From: Malacoraja senta
Taxonomy: Eukaryota
Assembly (NCBI GenBank): GCA_038087875.1
Contig: CM075994.1
Coordinates: forward strand, 2,544,001 to 2,608,000
Direction of reading: 5' to 3'
Length of the DNA stretch: 64,000 nt
The position numbers and the translations under genes were made by a program. Position 1 is the stretch's first letter. Each line of letters opens with the position of its first letter. Under the pieces are notes generated by a model. It ran no database searches. It saw nothing but the letters and a program-made list of their open reading frames with translations, and had not been told where the DNA came from. Positions 13,280-23,832 of this stretch are shown in pieces.

Positions 13280-15580
13280 TCCCTACCCCTCCTACTTCAA
13301 CTCTCCCTCCCCACTCTTCCCCCTCTCTCCTCTCCCCCTCCCTCCCCTCCCACACCCTCTCTTCCCCCTCCACCACCCCTCTTCACCCCCATCTCCCCCC
13401 TACCCCTTCCCCTCTCTCTTGCACCACTCCCCGCTACCCCTCTGCCCCTCACTCACCACTCTTCCCCTCTCCCTCCCCAACCTCTATCCCTCCCCCCTCC
13501 CTCTCTTCCCCCTACTCCTCTCCCCTTCCCCTCATCCCCTCTCTCCACCTCTAACATCCCCTCCCCCCCTCCCCCCTTCCTGCCCTCCCCGCTCTCCTCT
13601 CACTCCCCACTCTCCTCCCCGTCCCTCTCCCCCCACCCTGCTCTCTTCTCCCTCACCAATCTCTCCCCTTTCCTCCTCCCCCTCTCTCTCCCTCCCATCC
13701 CTCCCCTCTTCTCTCCCCACCCCGTCTCCCTCTCCCCCCTCCCCCCCTCTTCTCTCCCAACCCCGTCGCCACCCTCCACCCTCCCCCACACCTCTCTACC
13801 CTTCTCCTCGCCTTACCCACCCTCTCTCCTCCCCCTCTCCATCCCCTTCTCCTCACCCCTCTCCCTCTCATCCCACCCCCATTACTCTCTCCCACATCCC
13901 CCTTCCCCTCTCTCACCCCTTCCCCTTCCCCCTACCCCGCTATCCCTCTTCAACCACTCCCCCTACACCTCTCCCCCTCCCTCTCTCCCACTTCCACCAC
14001 TCCCCCTACACCTCTCCATCTCCCTCCCCATTCTTCCACTTAACTCCCAAACCCATCCCCAACTCCCTCCACAACCCCCTCCCTCACCCTCTCCCCCCTC
14101 CCCTTCTCTCTCCACTCCCCACTCTTCCACTCTCCCTCCGCCACCTCTATCCCTCCCCCCTCCTTCTCTTCCCCCTACTCCTCTCCCCTTCCCCTCATCC
14201 CCTCTCTCCACCTCTAACCCCCTCCCCCCCTCTCCCCCTTCCTGCCCTCCCCGCTCTCCTACCACTCTCCTCCCCCTCCCTCTCCCCCACCCTGCTCTCT
14301 TCTCCCTCACCAATTTCTCCCCTTTCCTCCTCCCCCTCTCCCCTCCCTCCCCTCTCCTCTTCTCTCCCCACCCCGTCTCCCTCTCCCCTCTTCTCTCCCC
14401 ACCCCGTCTTCCTTCCCCCCCCATTCCCCCCGAGTGTGTTTGGGGGTGGTTAGTGTGAGTTTGGGGGGTGGTTAGTGTGAGTGTGATGCCGCAGCCCACC
14501 CCCCTCCCGCAAACGCGCGTTGGGAAAACAGCCGCCAACAGTCTCTCTGTCTTTAAAATATTAATATAATATCAAGGGGTGTGATGAGTGTGTGTGTTTG
14601 TGGGTGCCAGATTCACACCCCGCAACCTTGCTTTGGAGGTACAGACCCAACGGGTGGTTAGTGTGACGTCACAGCCCCCCGCCCCAAACACACGTTCGGT
14701 GTCCAGACCCAACGGGTCTGCACTTGGTCTGCACTCCCCACTCTTCCCCTCTTCCTCCACCCTCCCTCTCTTCCCCTACTCCTCTCCCCTTCCCCTCATC
14801 CCCCACCCCCCCTCTCCCCCCTTCCTGCCCTCCCGCTCTCCTCCCACTCCAAACTCTCCTCACCCTCCCTCTCACCCACCCTGATCTCCTCTCCCTCCCC
14901 AATCTCTCCCCTTTCCTCCTCCCCCTCTCCCCTCCGTCCCCTCTTCCTCCCCTCCCTCCCTCCCTCCCCTCTTCTCTCCCCACCCCGTCTCCTTCTTACC
15001 CCTCCCCTCCTCTCCCCAACCCCGTCTCCCTCTCCCCCACTCCCCCCACCTGTGTGTTTGGGGGGTGGTTAGTGTGAGTGTGATGCCGCAGCCGCAGCCC
15101 CCCCCCCCCCCAAACGCAAGGTAAACAAAAAAATGAAGTATAAACTCAGCGGATGCAGCAGCATCTTTGGATCGAAGGAAATAGGCAATGTTTCATAACA
15201 AAACACGTCTGAAGATGGGTTTCGGCCACAAACATTGCCTATTTCCTTCGTTCCATAGATGCTGCTGCACCCGCTGAATTTCACCACCTTTTTTGGGTGT
15301 ACCAGTCTCTCTGTCTCTCCCCTCTCTCTCTCTCTCTCTGCCCTTCTCTCTTCACAGCCCGCAGCTTAACTCATGAACACCAGCTCAAAACACCCCCCTT
15401 CACCTATCTCCAACATCCTCTCCTTACTCTCTCCACACCCTCCTCTCTATCCCCCTTCCTCTCTCCCCCTTCCTCTCTCCCCCTTCCTCTCCCCCCTTCC
15501 TCTCTACCCTCCTCCTCCCCCTCTTCAAATTTTTTTAATTCTAACATTAAATTTTCACTCTCTGCCCCCCCCTCCAGATG
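13280..15580 (+). repeat. C/T-rich low-complexity tracts in Helitron unit 1; homologous tract at about 16785-18510 in unit 2
   Basis: Long near-pure polypyrimidine stretches with short C runs. Sub-blocks are shared between the two units. Confidence 0.9.
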
Positions 15581-18500
15581 CACCTGAGAGGAGGTGAGGG
15601 CTATTCGTCAGTGGATAGGGTGGAGATGGGATAAAAGAAGCAAATAAAAAATTAAGATAATATCAAGGGTTGTTATGAGTGTGTGTGTTCGTGGGTGCCA
15701 GATTCCCACCCCGCAACCGTGCTTTTGAGCAAAGGGGGTGGTTACTGTGACGCCACAGCACCCCCCCCCCCCCCACCCGCAAACGCACGTTCGGTGTCCA
15801 GACCCAACGAGTCTGCACTTGGTCTAGTTATTATATAAAACTCTCTGGCTGTCGTCCGTCTGTACGTCTGTACGTCTGTACGTCCAACGTTCTGCTTGAC
15901 GTCCCGCTTTGATACCGCCCCGCGCCCGCGCGGCGCGCGGAAACGCCGATATTTTTTACCGTTTCTAAAGAGGTTACGTTTATCTTTACGAATAGACGAT
16001 CCTGATTAAATTTGGTCGTGTTTACGTACGCTTTTTAAAATAAAATACCTCTCCCCCCCCCCAAACCAAACATTTCAAAATGTTTTAAAAAACAGCTCAG
16101 CCGTAGAATGTTAGTAAAGATTCCGTTGTGTGATGTCACAATGCACAATGGTCACAGATGTCCAATCGGAATGGATCCATTTACATATGCCTTTGCGGCG
16201 ACCCAAGCCCCGGCCCCTCCCCCCCAACCCCCACAGCATTGGCATTGTGACATCACAAAACGGAACCTTCATTTACATTCTATTGCTGAGAGCTGTTTGT
16301 TTAACATTTTGAAATTTCCCCCATTCCCTATCACCCCCACACGTGGCGACGCCCGGCGACACGTGTGACAAATCGAAATGAATCCGTTTACATATGCCTT
16401 GGCAGCAGCCCCAAGCCCCAGCCCCTCCCCCCCAACCGCACAGCCTGTGATTACGTTTATCTTTACGAATAGACAACCCTGATTACATTTGGTCGTTTTT
16501 ATGTACACTTTTAAAATAAAATACTTCTCCCCCCCCACCCCCAAACATTTCAAAATGATTAAAAAAACAGCTCAGCCATAGAATGTTAGTAAAGATTCCG
16601 TTGTGTGATGTCACAATGCCCGATGCTAACAGATGTCCAATGGGAATGGATTCATTTAGATATGCCTTGGCAGCAGCCCCAGCCCCTCCCCCCCACCACT
16701 GCAGCCTGTGTCGAAGGGCGTCGTCACGTGTGTGGCAATAGAGAGAGGATTGGGGGTCATAGAGAATGGGTAACAGATGGACTGTCCCTACCCCTCCTAC
16801 TTCAACTCTCCCTCCACACTCTTCCCCCTCTCTGCTCTACCCCTCCCTCCCCTCCCACACCCTCTCTTCCCCCTCCACCACCCCTCTTCACCCCCATCTC
16901 CCCCCTACCCCTTCCCCTCTCTCTTGCACCACTCCCCGTTACCCCTCTGCCCCTCACTCACCACTCTTCCCCTCTCCCTCCCCCTCCCTCTCTCCCTCTC
17001 TTCCCCCTACTCCTCTCCCCTTCCCCTCATCCCCTCTCTCCACCTCTAACATCCCCTCCCCCCCTCCCCCCTTCCTGCCCTCCCCGCTCTCCTCCCACTC
17101 CCCACTCTCCTCCCCGTCCCTCTCCCCCCACCCTGCTCTCTTCTCCCTCACCAATCTCTCCTCTTTCCTCCTCCCCCTCTCTCCTCCCTCCCCTCCCTCC
17201 CCTCTTCTCTCCCCACCCCGTCTCCCTCTCCTCCCTCCCCCCTCTTCTCTCCCAACCCCGTCGCCACCCTCCACCCTCCCCCACACCTCTCTACCCGTCT
17301 CCTCGCCTTACCCACCCCTCTCCTCCCCCTCTCCATCCCCTTCTCCTCACCCCTCTCCCTCTCATCCCCCTCTTCCTCCACCCCCATTACTCTCACCCAC
17401 ATCCCCCTTCCCTCTCTCACCCCGTCCCCTTCCCCCTACCCCGCTATCCCTCTTCAACCACTCCCCCTACACCTCTCCCCCTCCCTCTCTCCCACTTCCA
17501 CCACTCCCCCTACACCTCTCCATCTCCCTCCCCATTCTTCCACTTAACTCCAAACCCATCCCCATCTCCCTCCACAACCCCTCCCCCACCCCTCTCCCCC
17601 CTCCCTTCTCTCTCACTCCCCACTCTTCCACTCTCCCTCCCCACCTCTATCCCTCCCCCTCCTTCTCTCCCTCTCTTCCCCCTACACATCTCCCCTTCCC
17701 CACATCCCTCTCTCCACCTCTAACATCCCCTCCCCCCCTCTCCCCCCTTCCTGCCCTCCCCGCTCTCCTACCACTCTCCTCCCCCTCCCTCTCCCCCACC
17801 CTGCTCTCTTCTCCCTCACCAATTTCTCCCCTTTCCTCCTCCCCCTCTCCCCTCCCTCCCCCTCTCCTCTTCTCTCCCCACCCTGTCTCCCTCTGCCCTC
17901 TTCTCTCCCCATCCCGTCTTCCTCTCCACCCCTCCCCCGCCTGTGTTTGGGGGTGGTTAGTGTGAGTGTGATGCCGCAGCCCCCCCCCCCCTCCGCAAAC
18001 GCGCGTTGGGAAAACAGCCCGCCAACAGTCTCTCTGTCTTTAAGACAGAACTGCAGATGCTTGAAATCAAAGGTACACAAAAAAAGGCTTCATAACCTCA
18101 GCGGGTGCAGCAGCATCTATGTATCAAAAGAAATAGACAACGTTTCGTGAAAACCCGTCTGAGGATGGGTTTCCGCCAAAAGCATTGCCTATTTCCTTCA
18201 CTCCATAGATGCTGCTGCACCCGCAGTGTTTCTCGAGTTTTATTGTGTGTACCAGTCTATCTGTCTCTCCCCTCTCTCTCTCTCTCTGCCCTTCTCTCTT
18301 CACAGCCCGCGACTCAACTCATGCACGCCTACTCCAACCCACCCCCTCTCACCTCTCTCCCCATCCTCTTCTTCCTCTCTCCACCCCTCTCCTCTCTCAC
18401 GCTCCTCTCTCCCCACCTTCCTCACCCCTCTTCCTCTCAACCCTCCTCCTCCCCCACCTCACAATTTTTTTTCTAACATTAAATTTTCTCTCTCTGCACC

Positions 18501-18773
18501 ACCCCCCCCTCGAGACGTACCTGAGAGGTGAGGGCTATTCGTCAGTGGATAGGGTGGAGATGGAATAAAAGAAGAAAATTAAAATATTAATATAATATCA
18601 AGGGGTGTGATGAGTGTGTGTGTTTGTGGGTGCCAGATTCACACCCCGCAACCCTGCTTTGGAGGTACAGACCCAACGGGTGGTTAGTGTGATGTCACAG
18701 CCCCCCGCCCCAAACGCACGTTCGGTGTCCAGACCCAATGGGTCTGCACTTGGTCTAGTATACTTTTAAAACT

Positions 18774-18973
18774 NNNNNNNNNNNNNNNNNNNNNNNNNNN
18801 NNNNNNNNNNNNNNNNNNNNNNNNNNNNNNNNNNNNNNNNNNNNNNNNNNNNNNNNNNNNNNNNNNNNNNNNNNNNNNNNNNNNNNNNNNNNNNNNNNNN
18901 NNNNNNNNNNNNNNNNNNNNNNNNNNNNNNNNNNNNNNNNNNNNNNNNNNNNNNNNNNNNNNNNNNNNNNNNN
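18774..18973. other. Assembly gap (200 N)
   Basis: Run of N beginning just after a Helitron unit head. Confidence 1.
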
Positions 18974-19467
18974 TACACAAAAAAACCTGTATATCATCAG
19001 CAGGTGCAGCAGCATCTATGGATCGAAGTAAATAGGCAACGTTTCGGTAGAAAACCAGTCTGAGGATGGGCTTCGGCCCAAAGCGTTGCCTATTTCCTTC
19101 GCTCAATAGATGCTGCTGCACCCGCTGTGTTTCTCAAGCTTTTTTTTGTGTACCAGTCTCTCTGTCTCTCCCATCTCTCTCTCTCTCTCTCTGCCCTTCT
19201 CTCTTCACAGCCCGCGACTCGACTCATGCACGCCCGCTCCAACCCCCCTTCACCTCTCTCCCCATCCTCTCTTTCCTCTCTCCCCCCTTCCTCTTCAAAT
19301 TTTTTTTTTCTAACATTAAATTTTCCCCTCTGCCCCAACACCTCTAGACGCATCTGGGAGGTGAGGGCTATTCGTCAGTGGATAGGGTGGAGATGGGATA
19401 AAAGAAGCAAATTAAAAAATAAATAATATCAAGGGGTGTGATGAGTTTGTGTGTTTGTGGGTGCCGG

Positions 19468-22398
19468 ATAGAAACATAGAAACATAGAAACATAGAAAGT
19501 AGGTGCGAGAGTAGACCACCAGGCCCATCGAGCCCGCACCGCCATTCGCTCATGGCTGAACACTAAACAGACACCCTTACCCACAAACAGTAGACACAAG
19601 ACACAGAACACAAGACACTACCCTCCCCTTTATATCGCTATCACCCCTCTCCACCCAAGAACCGCGTGATCTCCTGGGGGAGGCAAAAAAACGGATAAAA
19701 ACCCAGGTCCAATTCGGGAAAAAAATCCGGGAAATTCCTCTCCGACCCCAATCCAGGCGATCGACACTTGTCCAGGAGATCACTCAGGTCTTACTATACT
19801 AACCATACCTAGGTCCATATCCCTGCCCTCTCCCCGTAGCCCCTTATCCCTTGGCAGCTAAAAACCCATCTATTTTAGACTTAAATATATTTAATGTTTC
19901 TGCTTCCACTGCTCCCTGGGGCAGTGAATTCCATAAATTAACCACCCTCTGGGTGAAGAAGTTCTTCCTCATCTCAGTTTTAAAGAGCCCCCTCTTATTC
20001 TACAACTATGTCCCCTAGTTCTAGTTTCCCCAATCATTGGGAACATCCTCGGTGCATCCACCCGATCAAGGCCCCTCACGATCTTATATGTTTCAATGAG
20101 ATCGCCTCTCATTCTTCTAAACTCCAAAGAGTAGAGTTCCAGCCTACTTAACCTTTCCTCATATGTCAATCCCCTCATTGCAGGAATTAATCTTGTAAAC
20201 CTTCGCTGCACTGCCTCCAGGGCCAGTACATCCTTTCTTAAGTATGGACCCCAGAACTGTACACAGTATTCCAAATGTGGTCTCACTAATACTGTGTACA
20301 GCTGCAGCAAGACCTCCGTGTTTTTATACTCAATCCCCCTAGCAATAAAGGCCAAAACTCCATTGGCCTTCCTGATTGCTTGCTGCACCTGCATACTAAC
20401 TTTTAGTGATTCATGTACTACTACCCCTAGATCCCTTTGCGTTGCATTACAACGCAGCTCCACCTCATTTAGAAAATAACTTGCCCTATCATTTTTTTCC
20501 CAAAGTGAATGACTTCACATTTATTAGTATTAAATTTCATCTGCCAAGTTGTTGCCCACTCACCTAGCTTATCTATATCCTTTTGCAGACTCTTCCTATC
20601 CTCCTCATCCCCTACTTTTCCTCCCATTTTTGTATCGTCCGCAAATTATGATATATTACACTTGGTTCCCTCCTCCAAATCATTTATATAAATTGTGAAC
20701 AACTGGGGTCCCAGCACCGACTCTTGCGGAACCCCGCTAGTTACCGGTTGCCATCCCGAGTATGAACCATTTATCTCCACTCTCTGCTTCCTATTTGTTA
20801 GCCAATCCTCTACCCATGCTAATATATTACCCCCAATCCCATAATTTTTTATTTTTAGCAATAGTCTCTTATGTGGCACCTTGTCAAAAGCCTTTTGGAA
20901 GTCCAAGTATACCACATCCACCGGTTCCCCTTTATCCACCCGGGTTGTTACTTCCTCAAAGAATTCGAGCAGATTCGTTAAACAGGACTTCCCCTTCACA
21001 AAACCATGCTGGTTCTGTCCGATGAAGTCATGTTTATCCAAGTGCCCCGTTAGTGTTTCTTTAATAATTGTCTCTAACATTTTACCCACCACCGATGTTA
21101 GACTAACCGGTCCATAGTTACCCGCCTTCTGTTTACTTCCTTTTTAAAATATAGGTGTTACATTGGCCATTTTCCAATCCACTGGGACCGTTCCTGCCTC
21201 CAGGGAGTTTTGGAAAATTATCACCAATGCATCCACAATCCCCACCGCTATCTCCCTCAAGACCCTTGGATGTAATCCATCAGGCCCAGGGGATTTATCC
21301 TCCTTCAGTCTCATTAATTTCCCTAATACCACCTCCTTGGTGATCTTAATAGTATTTAGCTCCTCCATTCCTACCGCCCCCTGTTTATCCAGCGTTGGAA
21401 TATTTTTTGTGTCTTCTATGGTGAAGACTGATACAAAATACTCGTTTAATGCCTTTGCCATTTCCATGTTCCCCACCAACAACTCTCCAGTCTCACCCTC
21501 CAATGGACCAACGTTCACCTTAGCCACCCTTTTTCTTTTTATATAGCTATAAAAACTCTTACTATTAGTTTTTATGTTGTTCGCTAAATTCCTTTCATAG
21601 TCTATTTTCCCCGTCTTAATTAATCTCTTAGTTATTTTTTGCTGACCTTTAAATGCTTCCCAATCCTCTACCCTCCCACTATCTCTGGCTACCTTATATA
21701 CCCTTGCCTTCAGCCGAATACTATCCTTTATAGTTTTACTGAGCCATGGCTGACTGTTCTTTCCCTTACCCCTTTTTTTCTTCATAGGAATAAATTTTTC
21801 TTGAAGGTTATACAGTAGATCCTTAAACGTACACCACTGCTCATGTACCGTCTTATTCTTGAGTCTGCTATCCCAGTCAACTTTGATCAGCTCAGTCCTC
21901 ATACCTTCATAATCCCCTTTATTTAGACTAAGTACCCTAGCCCGAGTTTCAACCTGCTCCCCTTCTATTTGAATATGGAATTCGACCATATTGTGGTCAC
22001 TTGTTCCCAACGAGTCCCTAACTATGACATTTTTAATTAATCCTGCTTCATTACACAGGACCAGATCCAAGATTGCCTCCCTCCTTGTCGGTTCTGTGAC
22101 ATACTGTTCTAGGAACCCGTCTCTAATACATTCTATAAACTCTTCCTCTAGTCTACCCTGCCCAGTTTGGTTTGCCCAATTAATATGAAAATTGAAGTCC
22201 CCCATGATTACAGCAGTTCCCTTTTTACATGCGTCAACTATTTGCAGATTTATGTTCTGACTAACAGCGTCACAGCTATTTGGAGGTCTATAAATTACAC
22301 CCACTAGTGTTTTTTTCCCCTTGTTATTCTCTATCTGTACCCAAGCTGTTTCACTATCCTGATCCTTCAACGCAATATCCTTCCTCTCTATTGCCGTT
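19468..22398 (-). mobile_element. CR1 LINE (part of the endonuclease, RT and 3' UTR; frameshifted) inserted in the Helitron array
   Basis: ORFs 21144-22370 (YRPPNS, MGDFN, SDH), 20646-21092 ([13 protein letters not shown]) and 19969-20463. (CTATGTTT)n tail at about 19468-19500. Array sequence resumes on both sides. Confidence 0.92.
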
Positions 22399-22639
22399 AT
22401 TCACTCCCTTATTACGTGCTTTGGAGGAAAGGGGGTGATTAGTGTGACGCCACAGCCTTCCCCCCCCCACAAACGCACGTTCGGTGTCCAGACCCAACGG
22501 GTCTGCACTTGGTCTAGTATACTTTTAAAACTCTCTGGCTGTCGTCCGTCTGTCCGCCACTCCTGATTAAATCCGGTCCTGTTTATGTACACGTTTTTAA
22601 AATAAAATCTATCCCCCCCCCCCACCCCACCCCCATGTG

Positions 22640-23240
22640 ATTTTCTCCAATTGTCTCCGATTTTCTCCAAAAACGACGCCATCTTTTTTCTCCGATTTTC
22701 TCCGAAAACGACGCCATCTTTTTTTCGCCGATTTTCTCCGATTTTTTCCGAAAACGACGCCATCTTTTTTTCAGCAGATTTTCACCCCGGGGTCTGAAGC
22801 ACGTTCGGGAACAACACCCCGGGGTGTCAAGCACTTTCGGGGACCAGACCCAACGGGTCTGCACTTGGTCTAGTATACTTTTAAAACTCTCTGGCTGTCG
22901 TCCGTCTGTACGTCTGTACGTCTGTACGTCCGTACGCCGCCTTTGATGCCGCCCCTGGCCCACACAGCGCGTGGAAAGGCCCATATTTTTTACCATTCCC
23001 AAAGAGATGTCATTTATCTTTACGAATAGCCACTCCTGATTAAATTTCGTCGTTTATGTACACGTTTTTAAAATAAAATCCACCCCCCCCCACCCCCATG
23101 TGATTTTCTCAGATTCTCTCCGATTTTCTCCGAAAACGACGCCATCTTTTTTTCTCCGATTTTCTCCGAAAACGACACCATCTTTCTTTCGCCGATTTTT
23201 TCCCCCGAAAACGACGCCCTCTTTTTTTCCACGATTTTCA
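22640..23240 (+). repeat. ~33-bp minisatellite blocks inside Helitron units 4 and 5
   Basis: Repeats of ccgattttctccgaaaacgacgccatcttttttt, about 3 copies at 22640-22785 and about 3 at 23103-23240. Confidence 0.85.
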
Positions 23241-23303
23241 CCCCGGGGTCTGAAGCACGTTCGGGAACAACACCCCGGGGTGTCAAGCACTTTCGGGCAC
23301 TAG

Positions 23304-23830
23304 TAAAAGTCTTGTCTTGTTTGTCTGTCTGTGAGATCAAGGAACTACACCAAAACGGTACACAATAGAGCAAATTTATTTGCAGAATCTTACTCAGCTT
23401 TTTCCCGTGGTCTTACGTTTCAAGTTTCTTCACTTTTGATGTTATATTTTACAAGAAATTTTACATTTTTAAACTTAAAAACTCAAGATTTGGGAATAAA
23501 GGGGGGACCTACGCCAAAACGGTACACGGTAGTGCATACATTTTTGCATCACCTTACGCACCTTTGTCCTGTGGTCTTCCCTGTGAAGTTTCCTTCAGAT
23601 TTGATGTTATATTTCACGTCATTGATATTTAAACGTTTCAAAAAGCCAAATTCTCAAAATAACTGTTACTGTGCTATGAGAGGTTTTGACAGTTGCAGGG
23701 ATGATGTCACAATTGCATCTCACAGTTGCTTTCTTTTAAAAGACTACCACTTGTCAGATGCTGATTTATTCATCAGCTCCCAGTCTCCATTCACCAGGTC
23801 CCCTTTACAGCATTGAGAGCAGCCTTCCTC
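23304..23830 (+). mobile_element. Possible different Helitron-like family abutting the array
   Basis: Starts right after CTAG with taaaagtcttgtcttgtttgtctgtctgt, a microsatellite-type head. Internal ~150-bp imperfect duplication (ccaaaacggtacac ... gtggtctt ... tgatgttatattt). 3' end not identified. Confidence 0.35.
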
Positions 23831-23832
23831 TT

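Larger units (their letters stand above)
12285..23303 (+). mobile_element. Head-to-tail array of non-autonomous Helitron-like units (at least 5)
   Basis: Starts A|TC at 12285. The head AAAACTCTCTGGCTGTCGTCCGTCTGT recurs at about 12321, 15828, 22518 and 22874, and begins at 18759 before the gap. Four units end in the hairpin CAGACCC-AAY-GGGTCTG (one mismatch in unit 1) plus 8 nt plus CTAG|T (CTAG at 15824, 18755, 22514, 22870). The last ends CGGGCACTAG|T with CTAG at 23300. No TIRs, no TSD, no RepHel ORF. Confidence 0.75.

Noticed and set aside
13272..17965. Long Pro/Ser/Leu-rich ORFs (393, 372 and 399 aa) and Gly/Glu/Arg-rich antisense ORFs
   Set aside because: They result from C/T low-complexity DNA that lacks stop codons. 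Several frames are open at once and the two units do not keep frame.
18684..19121. ORFs containing X runs
   Set aside because: They span the N gap.
14640..23303. Recurring palindromic ~30-nt motif resembling a CRISPR repeat or Rho-independent terminator
   Set aside because: Spacing is 0.35-3.7 kb and irregular, the context is a vertebrate intron, and there are no cas genes. A hairpin plus CTAG fits Helitron 3' ends.
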